64,000 nt of DNA from assembly GCF_006345805.1 (NCBI RefSeq), contig NC_043012.1:52886001-52950000 (forward strand), in the 5' to 3' direction. The notes under the pieces were generated by a model that ran no database searches, was not told the origin of the DNA, and saw only the letters and a list, made by a program, of their open reading frames with translations. Numbering within the stretch: the first letter of the stretch is position 1; every line of letters begins with the position of its first letter. Both the position numbers and the translations under genes were made by a program. Source of the stretch: Octopus sinensis (Eukaryota). Below are positions 25,951 through 39,749 of the stretch, piece after piece.

Positions 25951-27660
25951 ATGTTGGCATGGGTTAGACAACTAGACAGCTTGGCAGAAACTGGCAAGGC
26001 CAGAAACCACACCAGGATCTATAGTCTGTTTTGCATTGTTTTGTATTTCCACAGCTGGATGCTCTCCCTAACACCAACCACTTTACAGAGTGTACTGCAT
26101 GCTTTTTTACATGGCACAATCACCAGTGCTTTTTATGTGATATCAGTACCTACTGCAATGCTTTTTATATGGCACCTTGGTTTTAGGATAACAGTGCATT
26201 TACAAAGATCTTCAGCCGCTTACACTAACAAAGACAATCAATGATATCAAAAATTGGGCAGAAAAATTCAAATTGTTAAAAAAATCCAAGAAGAACCAAC
26301 CTAAAATAGTATCCAACAAAACCATATTCTTATATACACCACTAAAAATTCTACAAAGTTTGACCTTGGTGCCACCAACCCACACTTTCCTTTCTAACTC
26401 GCTCTAATCATTACTGAAATTAGCAAAGCACCTGATTCTCATTTTCACTGGCCACAAGCAAACAACATAGAAACACCTCTTTAATAAATAAGATAAAAAT
26501 GCTGACTGGCAAACAATGTCTTTCTCTCAGGTCTATAACCCAGGTTGCCAAGTCTGTGTAAACTACAACTGCAACATATTTAGAATCTGTAATTTCCTAA
26601 GTGGCTTATCGGAAATGATGTACAAATAAACATTTGAAGAGCATTCGCAGACATTAAATTTTGACCAAAACAGAGAAACAACAATGCCGGTGCATAGATA
26701 ATACATTAAGTCTATTGGAGATTATGCAAGTCTCATTCGGTGCTCTTAATGTCTCCGCAACACACTACATAAATGAATAAATAAATATATAAATGAACGA
26801 ATGAATAAATAAATAAACAAGCATGAAATAGTACACTTTACATCTGCATAGAAACTACGCACCCACAGGCTATGTCTGATTACCTGCTAAAAACAGCTCC
26901 AACAATTTTTTTTACAAAAAGCGACACCCATTAGAAACTTTAAATGTAGGAAAGCCGTTTAGTTAATGTCTGCCTCGCACCAAAAGGCCCATTTCGTCAG
27001 AAATTATCCCAGACTTTGCAGGAAATTTTAACTACTTTGTTTGTTGTTATTCACCCTAATGCTGAGCTGGGGAATGAACATTAGCGATAACAAGCAAAAT
27101 AGTGAAAACTTCACTCAGTCTGGATTCCAGGATCACACAGTTCGTTGTTAAAGCGTGGTTCAACCCATTTGCTTCCCTTCTATTGCATGTTCAATCCTTT
27201 TCTAACACACAGATCAATCTACAACACCATGGGACGCTACTGATATGCCATTCTATAAATATCATCATCCTGTCAATCCAAGAGAAAAAAACCATAAAAA
27301 ACCACAGACACATAAGGATAACTGTAATATCATGGGATGATGTATGAATTTGGTTGACTTGTTAGAAACAGCAGCTAAATCGCCTTTAAGTTACATTCCA
27401 CCATCTTGAAATGAAGACCACATTAAAGGATATAGTGTTCCATACAAACACTATACCTTGAAAATGAAATGGAAATGGCTTGAATGACTTTGATCATGGG
27501 TCTCCTCAATCAAGGTTGTCTTGGGACTAAATAACAACCTCCCTAACCCAAACACCGTACTGGATTATATATAACTAGAACTAAGTTCGGAAGGACAACA
27601 ACAGTTTCTCTGCAACTTAGTACACCTTCATCTCCCTCCGTTGAAACCTATATTAGAGTA

Positions 27661-27812
27661 TAGTATAGACAACATAGTGACATGTATCAGGGCATAGGAT
27701 AGACAACATAGTAACACGTATCAGGGCATAGTATAAACATAGTAACATATATCAGGGTATAGTATAGACAACATAGTAACATGTATCAGTGCATAGTATA
27801 GCCAACATAGTA
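27661..27812. repeat. 34-bp minisatellite, about 4.5 copies
   Basis: Unit tagtatagacaacatagt(g/a)acatgtatcagggca; atcag at 27686, 27720, 27751 and 27785. Confidence 0.9.
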
Positions 27813-27984
27813 CCAACTGAAACTAAACACTCCCAGCCTTCTGCAACACTACACTTCATACACTAAGCCACAGATTATTGAAATTATAGTGCTCAATAAG
27901 GTAAAGGTAAGGTATACCTGATGGGGTGTTGGATACATAGGTCCCACCAAACTAATTTAACTGACTCCTTGCATGGCATTGTGA

Positions 27985-28345
27985 ACCAAGAATTCGGAGC
28001 CGACAATTCAGTGCTGACAATTCTGCACATGACATTTCAACACGAGGACAATTCCACGCATCATGTTTATGTGTAAATGAAATTTAATTTAATTTGCTTG
28101 CAAAATTTCTAAACTTTTCAACTTCGTGAATAATTGGTAATGTTTTAGAATGTTTACACTAACAACTTTTGAAGAGATGGTCGTGTTTTCAATTGTTAAT
28201 AGTCCAAAAAACCACTTTTGTTTTTTATATTTATACAAGTATATCATTTCAACTGTTTTTGTGTTTGCTCCCTTGCATGCGTGGGATTGTCAGCGCTGAA
28301 CTGTCATGCATGGTATTGTTGGGGCGCCACAAGTCACACACAGCT
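27985..28345. mobile_element. MITE with repeated gacaatt subterminal motifs
   Basis: gacaattcagtgctgacaattc (about 28003-28024) is inverse to ggattgtcagcgctgaactgtc (about 28284-28305), with an AT-rich interior. Confidence 0.6.
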
Positions 28346-30194
28346 CAGCATGCTCCAAGTTGACTATGTATGAGCGAGTATTTTATATGGTTACTACACC
28401 AGCTGGAAATAGCAGCCAAACTTCCACCAAATCATAGTCCAACATTTAAAAACAAAAATAATAAAGGACTCATAAGATGAAATAATCCTAGATCAATAAG
28501 ATTTGCTTTTGCTTTCTGGTGGGAGTTGTGGAAGATCGTGGTTGAAACTTCATTCTTGAATACAAAAACAGAACTCCTGTAATGTCTGCTCAATTAGAAA
28601 CCACCTGGGAACTAAACAACAACAACCCAGACCTTAATGATCCTGTCACATGTTTAAGATTTATTTTTCAAAAAAATTCCCTAGTTCTGTCCCAAAATGC
28701 TTCTCCCAAAATGACAACAAGATTTGTTTAGGTATTGAGCCATTTATTTTAAATTATTCATTTGTTTTTCGTATTTCCAAACCAGAATACATTTATTATG
28801 CAACAATAGCGGTGAATGAGTTGACTTAATAAAAACAAAAAAATAGATAGAAAACAAGAAAATAAAACAAAGTAAATTCTAAATATAAAACAAACAAGAA
28901 ATATGAAACAAAAATCCCTCAAAATATCAAAAACAAATGAATCCTTTGTTTTTCATTAGTATTATTCTTCAGATTTTATTTTTCCACAGAGAGGGGAGAG
29001 ACAGAGAGAGAGAGGTGGAGGATCAATCAAAGCCTAAAACGTAATCTCAGTTTGTTTAAAGATTTACTTTAAGATGTGCCCAAAGATATAGAGAGATAAA
29101 CAAACAACAGAAGAAAATCATGTTTGACAAATTAAGTGCGGAAGATAAAGGTATGTAGAGCTGAAACGAACAACAAGATAGGTCTAAAGGAATTGAATGT
29201 GCACGCACACACACACACACATACACACACATGCACACACACGCATGTTTACACATAGACAAACTCACATGTATTTTCTATGTATACACACACACACACA
29301 CATATATATATAAATACACGTATATGTGTGTGCGTTTGTATATATATATATATATATACAATAAATATAATATATATATAAACATATATCTATATGTATC
29401 ATATATAAGTATATATATATATCTAAATATACATGTGTGTATACACACACACACACACATATATAATATATATATATATATAAATAAATATACATGTGTG
29501 TGTATATATGTACACACACATAAATAATATATATATATGTATATATTCAACCAGTGAAAATTGAGATAAACAATCCTGCTCAGTTTCCAACAGTACTAAA
29601 TCTACAGCTGGTTAGATAGCACTCCACAATATGGAAGCTAGTAACAAAAAAAATATTGGTAAATGTGAACTTGGAAAAATATGCCTAAAATTATATACTT
29701 CACACATAAATACATACATATATCGGTACATACATATCTACATATACCCCTACACACACACACATACACACATACATATATAAGGGATCCTTTAAAAGTT
29801 TCGAGTCTGACCATGATGGGTTTGTAAAAATTTTAAATGTTTATTCATTGCTCTTGTTAAGTGTGATCTGTCGCTAAAGACCTAATGAGGTAAGGCAATA
29901 TATATTTCTTTTATATCATTCATTAGAACTTGCTCCTTTCCATCTATTATTTCATTCTATGTATTAGGTACAGGATATGTGGCAAACTTGTTATCTGCCT
30001 TCATATATCTTTCATTGCACTTTTAATTATATAACTCACAATTTCAGTAGCTGATCCTTCAACTAGATCAATTGAGGTAGACCTTCTTTCTCGTTAGCAT
30101 AATCATCATTCATCTGTCTTTTGACATAACATTACCTTACCATTTTCTTCATAGCATCAATAAGAACAAGTGTGACATATATATATATATATAT

Positions 30195-30402
30195 CTTTTA
30201 CTCGTTTCGGTCATGTGACTGTGGCCATGCTGGAGCACCGACTTTAGCAAATCGACCCTCAGGACTTATTCTTTGTAAGCCTAGTACTTATTCTATCAGT
30301 TTCTTTTGTCGAACCGCTAAGTTACAGGGACGTAAACACACCAGCATTGGTTGTCAAGCGATGTTGGGTGGACGAACACAGACACACACACATACATATA
30401 TA

Positions 30403-30446
<44 letters not shown>

Positions 30447-30615
30447 AATATACAATGGGCTTCGTTCAGTTTGCATCTACCAAAAACAATCACAAGGCTT
30501 TGGTTGGCCCAAGGCTATAGTAGAAGACACTTGCCCAAGGTGCCATGCAGTGGGACTGAACCCGGAACCATGTGGTTCGAAAGCAAGCTACTTAACACAC
30601 AGCCACTCCTATGCC
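30195..30615 (-). mobile_element. SINE family 1, full length
   Basis: Reverse complement of the family consensus. Explains ORFs 30172 and 30351. Confidence 0.9.
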
Positions 30616-31749
30616 TATTTATATATATCAAGGCAGATGTGTGTGTTAACATCTGTAAGGATGTGGCAGGGTGTATAATGCATATAAGAAAGTATATATA
30701 TATATATATATATATATAAGTGCATTTAGATATGAGCAGTGTGCTTGTGTGTATGCACGGATGTATGCAACTGACTATAAACGAGCAAGCATGTAGGTAC
30801 ATATGTTTATATGCAAGCAAATAAGTATGTCTATGTACAGCGCTTAAATGAAAAAAAAAAAAAGCAGTTAACTACCTCAAATAAAAATACAATGAAGTGA
30901 AATATTAATTTCCAATTAAATTCAAAGAACATTGATAACAACAACAACAACAACAAAAGGAAATTGAAACTAATCGTATTTTATAAAAGATTTATTGCAA
31001 CAATCTATTTCAGATAAAAGATTTAAAAAAAAAAATAAATAAAAGAAATAAATAAATTACTAGAGAACCTTTAATTAAGGAGTGGAGAAGAACACTAAGA
31101 TTTCTCCAATTAATACCAGTACTTTGTAGCTAGACAATATGCAACAAGTTCTGAAGTTCTATATAATACTGACATTTGAAGAATTGGTGCTGTTGAGAAG
31201 GAACGACAAAAACCAAAGTAATAATGATAATAATCATGATGATGATGATCATGATGATGATGACAATAATCATACTGATAATGATGATGATGATGATGCC
31301 GATGACGACGAAATCCTGTCTGCTGGAATGTTCAGGATTTTAGTTGTTACGTCTAAATTTTCATCTTTTATTGCAAAGATGGCAGCCATAACAGATAAAT
31401 AAATTGAAGCAAATAGGAAGAATGAAGTTTAACTTGACTGTAGTGAATGAAGGGAGAGAAAGAAAAGAGAGAAACAAGACGAATGATTGAAGAAAATAGA
31501 AAGGAAATGTAAGAGAGAAATTTCGAAGGAAAGAGAGAAAGAAAGTGAAGGGGAATGGAGAGAGAGAAGAAAGAACAAAAGAGAAAAAGAAAGAAAGAAA
31601 AGGAAAAATTGAGGGAAAATAAAAGTAAAAAGAGAAAGAGGAGAATGAAGACAAGGAAGGAACATGATGGAGGAAGAGGAACAAAGAAAATGAGAAGGAG
31701 AAGGCAGATAGATAGATAGATAGTCAGAAAAAGACAGGCACACAGACTG

Positions 31750-31751
31750 TC

Positions 31752-31830
<79 letters not shown>

Positions 31831-32105
31831 ATGATAAATTGATAGTTAGATAGAATAAGTAGATAGATAGATGGATAGACAGATGGATAGATAGATAGAC
31901 AGATAGATAGATAGAGAGAGAGAGAGATAAATAGATAGATAGACAGATAGACACAGATAGATAAATAGATAGACAGACAGATAGTTGATAGATAGATAGA
32001 TAGATAGATAGAATGATAAATAGCTAGATAGATAGATAGGTAGGTAGAGAAAGACAGATAGATAGACAGACAGGTAGATAGCTAGCTAGCTAGATAGATA
32101 GATAC
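31750..32105. repeat. (GATA)n tetranucleotide array preceded by a polypurine tract (31440-31740)
   Basis: Directly visible. A second GATA/GCTA array lies at 47420-47650. Confidence 0.95.
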
Positions 32106-32394
32106 TGAGGTAGAGAAAGAGAGAGGTGAAGGCAGAAATATTGAAATGAATTAGGAAGAGAAGAGATTAAAAAAAAAAGTACAGTTAGAAAAATATAGAG
32201 AGAAACGAGAAGACGGAGAGAGAGAGAGAGAAGTGAAGAAATGTGATTGGGAGAGAAGAGTTAATTAGCTGTTTTATGATTAAAGAATTAAAAGAGTTAA
32301 TTTCCGTGTCAATGCAAGTCAGAATGGGGAATGGAACAGTGAATATCGAGGTGGTATGTGTGCATGTGCGAGAATGCATGCATGTGTGTGTGTG

Positions 32395-32427
<33 letters not shown>

Positions 32428-32719
32428 TTGCGTACATGTGTGAGTGTGCGTAGCATTGTTAAGTCTATTTTTCCCAAAACAGACAACAATCAGGAAAATC
32501 TCAATGATAAAGAATACATTCCAAGACAATTCGAAGACAATTCTAAAGACGAGGTGACATTCTGTTTTGAGCAGTACTGGAAACATTAAGAAAATAAACA
32601 AACAAATAAGAATAAAAAATTATAAAAAAAAATATGACACTGAATAATTGAAAACTGAAAAAATATGAGTGGGGGTTTGCAGTTTTTAATGAATAACTTT
32701 CTCTCTCACGCATACACTC

Positions 32720-32774
<55 letters not shown>

Positions 32775-33087
32775 TATACATATATATATGTATACATACA
32801 TATAGCCACAAACGTGCATGTGCCTAAACACACACATATATACACATACACAAACACATATATATATACATACATACGCCACACACGTGCATGTGTATAA
32901 ACACATATATATACACATACACAAACCCACAGACACACACACATATATATATATACATACAGACACCCAAAGATATATCTAAAAATATATATACACACAC
33001 ACACACATTCATATACTATCACGCTATAAGGCATTACATAATATTATTTACATCATAATCCACAACACATATACATATACACACACA

Positions 33088-33128
<41 letters not shown>

Positions 33129-33419
33129 ATATAGCTACACAGGTGCATGTGCATAAACGCACACATATATACATATACACAAACCCACATATATACACAT
33201 ACAGACGCCCAAAGATTTATCCATAAATATATATATTTACACACACACACACATTCATACACTGTCACATTATAAAGCATTACATAATATTATTTATACC
33301 ATAATCCACAACACCGTGGCACACATATATACACGCACACACAAATGTATATATATAGATAGATATAGATATACATATAGCCACACATGTGGATGTGTAT
33401 AAACACACACATATATTCT

Positions 33420-33746
33420 CTCTAAAAAAAGACTCCGCCGGTTACGACGACGAAGGTCCCAGCTGATCCAATCAACGGAACAGCTTGCTTGTGAAATTAA
33501 CGTGCAAATGGCTGAGCATTCCACAGACACGTGTACCCTTAACGTAGTTCTCGGGGATAATCAGCGTGACACAGAGAGTGACAAGGCTGACCCTTTGAAA
33601 TACAAGTACAACTCATTTTTGCCAGCTGAGTGGACTGGAGCAACGTGAAATAAAGTGTCTTGCTCAAGGACACAACGCGTCGCCGGGAATCGAACTCACA
33701 ACCTTACGATCATGAGCCGAATGCCCTAACCACTAAGCCACGCGCC
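33420..33746 (-). mobile_element. SINE family 4 (tRNA head plus CORE/V-like domain), well preserved
   Basis: Minus strand GGCGCGTGGCTTAGTGG (A box), GAGTTCGATTCCC (B box), then gtgtccttgagcaagacacttt. Relatives at about 35745-36055 and 36612-36745 (-) and 63576-63870 (+). Confidence 0.88.
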
Positions 33747-34214
33747 CTCACACACATATATACACATACACAAACCCACATATATATACATACAGACACC
33801 CAAAGATTTATCCATAAATACACACACACACACACACACACATGCATACACATCAAAAACAAATACATGTATATAGAAATAATACACATATGTATGCACA
33901 CTAGCACAATGGAAAGCAATGCAACATGAAAGGAATATTAAAATATTCATAAAAAAACGAACATATTTCATCAGTATTTAATGATTTTTTGTTACTCTCC
34001 CCCTCTTTCTTTTTCCCTACCAAAACACTTAGCTCCACACCATACTATACTACATGAGCCAATGATGGAGTCTCCATCCATGTGGTTGCTTGATTTGGTA
34101 GAAAGAGCACCGAAATCCTCACACTGCTATCTTATGAAAAACAAAAGCAAAAAAAAAAAAAAATGATGTTAAATTCTTCCACCTCCACCACCATCATCAT
34201 CACTGCTGTCATTA

Positions 34215-34560
34215 TCATCGGTGGCACGTAACCGTGTCGGTGGCACGTAAAAAGCACCATCCGAATCGTGGCTGAAGCCAGTGCCGCCTCGACTGGCTTC
34301 CGTGCAGGTGGCACGTAAAATGCACCAATCCAACCGTGGCCGATGCCAGCCTCGCCTGGCACCAGTGCAGGTGGCACGTAAAAAGCACCAAAAACACTCA
34401 TGGAGTGGTTGGCATTAGGAAGGGCATCCAGCTGTAGAAACATTGCCAGATAAGACTGGAGCCTGGTGCAGCCTTCTGGCTTCCCAGATCCCCGGTCGAA
34501 CCGTCCAACCCATGCTAGCATGGAGAACGGACGTTAAACGATGATGATGATGATGATGAT
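34215..34560 (+). mobile_element. SINE family 3, 3' part with internal ggtggcacgtaa repeats and (GAT)n tail
   Basis: Homologous to 25700-25950. Minus-strand relatives at about 6435-6540, 21480-21680, 25955-26160, 40745-41200, 45340-45680 and 56920-57120. Confidence 0.85.
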
Positions 34561-35245
34561 TATTTCATTATCATCAACATAGTCCCTGTCACATGGTCAT
34601 TTTACATCTACTTTTCATGCTAGCATGGGTTGAACATCATGATCTAAGACAGTTCTTCATCAAACTTAGTGCCCTAACAGATTAGCAGAAGGACCAGATC
34701 TCACTGAAAGTGAATTTCTGTTGTGGTTTTCAGGGGTTTGGGAGCACACTTCCTAACACTAAACCATTTTACAGAAAGTGCTGGATGCATTTTATTATGA
34801 TATGAGCACCAGACAGGTTGCCTTATTCCTTGCAAAACTAAAGAGCTTTTTTTATTTTATGTTGCCCCTGCCCTTACAAATCAAAGTATGAGAACAGAAA
34901 TAATACACACATGTACACACATGTATGAACACATATGTACATGTATGGTGGGGATAGTAGACAGAGAGAGAGAGATAAAAGGGAAAAATTGTAGCAGAGA
35001 GAGTAATAGAAAAGACAGTGAAAGCTGTATTCTGGTTGTTGGTAATGAATTTGGATAATGAACATCATGACTAGCATGATGGTATAACAACAAGGAAAAT
35101 GTTCAAAATATATGTAAAGATGAGGTGGTCATGATTGGAATACTTTTGATTGAGTAGAATTGTTGTTGGGCTATAAACACCTACACTACAGCACAAAATA
35201 TAAGCCATTGATTGATTGATTGATTGACTGAGTGAGTGAGTGAGT

Positions 35246-35323
<78 letters not shown>

Positions 35324-37039
35324 CTATAATGCTATTTAGCTGAAAATAATAGCAGCAAAACTCCCTGATATCATTCTGCATGATCTTAAGAAAGAAAGTG
35401 GGGACTATACATTGATTAATGCAATCCAACGTTTATCATGCAAAAGCAAAAAGGCAGGATGGTCATGGCCAGAATGCTTTTGGTCATATTGCAACTTGAT
35501 CAGAGTGGATAGGCAGTTTTTCAAGTATGGCTTTTCAACACACACATTCACTCTTTATCACACTATATAGCATTACATAATATTATTTACACCACAATCC
35601 ACAACACTGTGACACTTCATGCAACACCACCATACACTGCTTCCCTACACCAAAATTCACAACATTCAGCTCAACTACATCATTCCGCTACACACTACAC
35701 TGTACAAGCCCACTATGCCACATACCACCCTGGCACTCTATCAGTTACAATGACAAGGATTCCAGTTCATCTAATCAATGGAACAGTTTTCTCATGAAAT
35801 TAACATACCAGAGGCTGAGCACTCCACAGATATACGTACCCATAACGTAGTTCTCAGAGAGATTCAGTGAGACACAGAATGCGACAAGGAAGGCGGGCCC
35901 TTTTGAAGTACAAGTACTATCCATTTTTGCCAGCTGATTGAATTGGAGTAATATGAAATAAAGTGTTTTGTTGAAGAGCATAATATGCCACCAGGAATTG
36001 AATTCATGACAAGATGAGCCAAATACACTAACTACTAAACCATCCACTTTTACATGCATAAAAGATCCCCTTCAGTCATGAATGACCATGGGACTGCACC
36101 TAGATAGTTCCTCTCTGAGGCACAAGTCCAAGCAGGTTATGGAGACCAGCAGTCGTCCATGCTTACCAGCCTCCCCTTACCACACCACCAATGTTATCCA
36201 AGGGTAAAGCAAAGGCCGATACAGCTTGGCACCAGTGATGTCATAACTCATTTCTACAGCTGGGTGAAGTGGAGCAACATAAAATAAAATGTCTTGCTCA
36301 AGAACACAACATACAGCCCAGTCCAGGAGTCGAACTCACTACCTCATTATTGTGAGTCTGATGCTCTAACCACTGGGCCACTAATTAATAAACTTAGCAG
36401 TCAACAATGCCAGAATAAGAGGAATTAGATGGTCTCAGATCGTGGCAGCTAAAGGTTCCCTTAGTTAAACATACGTTCAAATAAGTACAACTGGATAAGA
36501 GGAGGAGATAAAGATTGATAACAAAGAGGATACAAATCCAAATCTGTGGCTGTAAGGCATAGAATAGATCTATGGATGGAGCAAAGTTCTAGTCAAATGG
36601 AACTGGTGCAATTGAGTGAACTGGAGCAACGTGAAACAAAGTGTCTTGCTCAAAAACACAACACATAGCCCGGTCATGGAATCAAACGCACTATCTTATA
36701 ATTGTAAGCCTGACACTCTAACCACTGAGCTATGCATGTTCACACACAACACGCAGCCTGGTCAGGGGATCGAACTTGCTACGTCATGATTGCAAGCCCA
36801 ATGCCCTAATCACTGTGTCATGCACCCATATACCACGTTACAACTATTATTACAGTGCATTCCCTTACACCATACCTCACTGCAATGCACTGTAATACAC
36901 AAAAACAACCCTCTTCTACTATTCTTATATTACACTTACACCATACAACACTTTGCCTCCCTGAAGCATGCCACATCACAATACCTCACCTCCTACCACT
37001 CTATATCACTGCTTGAAAAGATATGTCAAGGTAAGTGAA

Positions 37040-37710
37040 TTTGAAATCATGGTCATGGCAAGTGCCAGTGAAATGTAAAAGGCAGCCATGCCAGTGACAC
37101 ATAAAAGGCACCTGTGCCCATGGCACATTAAAGGCACCCATGCCAGTGACATGTAGAAGGCACCTGTGTCTATGACACATAAAAGGCACCTGTGCCCATG
37201 GCACATTAAAGGCACCCATGCCAGTGACATGTAGAAGGCACCTGTGTCCATGACACATAAAAGGCACCTGTGCCCATGGCACATTAAAGGCACCCATGCC
37301 AGTGATGCGTAGAAGGCACCTGTGCCCATGACACATTAAAGGCACTTGTGCCCATGGCACTTGTGCCCATGGCACTTGTGCCCATGGCACATTAAAGGCA
37401 CCCATGCCAGTGACGCATAGAAGGCACCCATGCCGGTGATACATTAAAGGCACTTGTGTCGGTGATATGTAGATAGCACCTGTGCCAGTAATATGTAAAA
37501 GGCAACCACTCTGGTGACACGTAAATGACACCCTATACACTCTCTGAAGTGGCTGGCATTAGGAAGGGCAACCCGTCATAGAAATGAAGCCAAAACAGAT
37601 GCCTGGAGCCTGGGGTAGTACTCCAGCTTACCAGCTCCAGTGAAACCATTTAACCCATGCCATGGAAAAACGGACATTAAATTATGATGATGATGATGAT
37701 GATGATGATG
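37040..37710 (+). mobile_element. SINE family 3 copy with internal minisatellite expansion
   Basis: 26-bp ggcacc... monomers at 37081-37500, then the family 3' end and (atg)n tail. Confidence 0.8.
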
Positions 37711-38453
37711 ACAACTATACCATGCCATCGTACATACACCATACCTCATTACACTACATTACCACCACCATCCCTTACATTCCCCTGCCCCTTAGCCTAC
37801 CTCATTTTACACCACACCACTGCACAATACATTAATATATTAAATGACACTGCACAAAACACTATTCTGCTTAAACTATACTACACCACTCTGCTTAAAC
37901 CACACACCACACAGCACACCACACTAAGCAACATTACAGGCTTTTGTCATTGTAGCTATTGTTATTGCTGCTGTTGTATTTATTGTTATTGTTGTATTAG
38001 TTTTGTTGTTGTTGTTGTTGACATTCTGCCTTGAGCCATTGACTTAAGAAGTAGCAGCAGAAAGAGGTGGGATGTACAGAGATGAGGGGTAAGCTAGTAT
38101 TGGCATTGGCAGCTATAAACAAAATTAATGTGATATTTTTCTATATAACTAGACTAATGGTTATTAGAAATCTGTCAACTTTGCTCATTATGTAAACAAA
38201 AAATAACAACAACAATTGTAATAACAACAACAATTGTAATAACAACAATAATGGTAACATTAACTATAACAATAATAACATTAATTATAATAGTAATAAA
38301 AAACATTTTTTTCTTATTTATAATAATAAATAACAATAATATTAACAATTAATTTAATAATAATGAAAAACTAAAAATGAAACAATAACAACAACAGCAG
38401 CAACAACAACAGTAACAGCAACAACAACAAAGTAATAGAAACAATAAAATGAT

Positions 38454-38686
38454 AAGGCGGCAAGCTGGCAGAAACATTTGCACGCCGGACGAAATGCTTA
38501 GCGGTATTTCCTCTGCCGTTACGTTCTGAGTTCAAATTCCACCGAGGTCGACTTTGCCTTGCATCCTTTCGGGGTCGATAAATTAAGTACCAGTTACGCA
38601 CTGGGGTCGATATAATCGGCTTAATAGCTATGTCTGTCCTTGTTTGTCCCCTCTGTGTTTAGCCCCTTGTGGGCAATAAAGAAATA
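38454..38686 (+). mobile_element. SINE family 2, full length with 17-bp TSD
   Basis: Direct repeat agaaacaataaaatgat at 38437-38453 and 38687-38703. Confidence 0.92.
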
Positions 38687-39249
38687 AGAAACAATAAAAT
38701 GATTTCTATTTGCCACAAGAGTAATGGATAAAGGGCCATTAGATGGATAGGCTAAAATTAGAGTTGGGGTTTACACTGAAATCAAACTAGAAAAGAAAAT
38801 GAATACACAGTATATAAAATTTTATAATGTCCCAGGAGTACAACTGTGACCTAAGGCCAATTTACAGATAAAAGGACCACTGATCATAGATATAGCCTGA
38901 GTACCAAGGGATAAATGCTCTCTATTAGCAATCATTCTCCAGCCTACAGGAGCATGCTGAGTGTAAGATCATTCACTTCAGCTATGGTTCCAACTCTCAC
39001 CCACTTATTGGCAAATTCGTTGGAGGCAAGAACTTCCCTCAACATCCTCACCTTCATCTCCAAGTTGAAGCTGATATTGAGGACTAGGTCCAAACAGAAA
39101 GTGTTTGTATTTAGTCATTTCAGTTGCTTTCAACACAGAATTTCCTTTTGTTATTGTTGTCAGGCAGATGAAAATTGCTTGTCCTTCTGCACCAAAGGAT
39201 GGAGGCAGAGTAGTCTGTAGGATGCATGCAGCCAATAGCTGGGCCATCT

Positions 39250-39327
<78 letters not shown>

Positions 39328-39346
39328 AAAACAAAAAAAAACAAGC

Positions 39347-39744
39347 GGCACAGGAGTGGCTGTGTGGTAAGTAGCCCGTTTACCAACCCACATGGTTCCG
39401 AGTTCAGTCCCACTACGTGGCACCTTGGGCAAGTGTCTTCTACAATAGCCTCGGGCTGACCAAAGCCTTGTGAGTGGATTTGGGAGACGGAAACTGAAAA
39501 GAAGCCCGTCATATATATGTATATATATATGCGTGTGTGTGTTTGTGTGTCTGTGTTTGTCCCCCTAGCATTGCTTGACAACCGATGCTGGTGTGTTTAT
39601 GTCCCCGTTACTTAGCGGTTCGACAAAAGGGACCGATAGAATAAGTACTGGGCTTACAAAAGCATAAGTCGAGGTGCTCGATTAAAAAGGCGGTGCTCCA
39701 GCATGGCCACAGTCAAATGACTGAAACAAGTAAAAGAGTAAAGA
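39347..39744 (+). mobile_element. SINE family 1, full length
   Basis: Same architecture as 814-1240. Confidence 0.9.
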
Positions 39745-39749
39745 GGCTG

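Noticed and set aside
30172-30719. Recurrent PRCHAVGLNPEPCGS / LPKVPCSGTEP peptides (also at 848, 17050, 22416, 39249, 52947 and elsewhere)
   Set aside because: They are translations of SINE family 1, not a gene family.
32450-32578. Strong minus-strand acceptor with open frames
   Set aside because: No convincing donor and no interpretable peptide; plus-strand readings are equally plausible.
33660-33746. tRNA-like A/B-box sequence
   Set aside because: It is a SINE head contiguous with a CORE-like body and lacks a complete cloverleaf, so it is not a tRNA gene.
37081-37500. Regularly spaced repeats resembling a CRISPR array
   Set aside because: Tandem minisatellite without unique spacers, in a eukaryotic context, with no cas genes.
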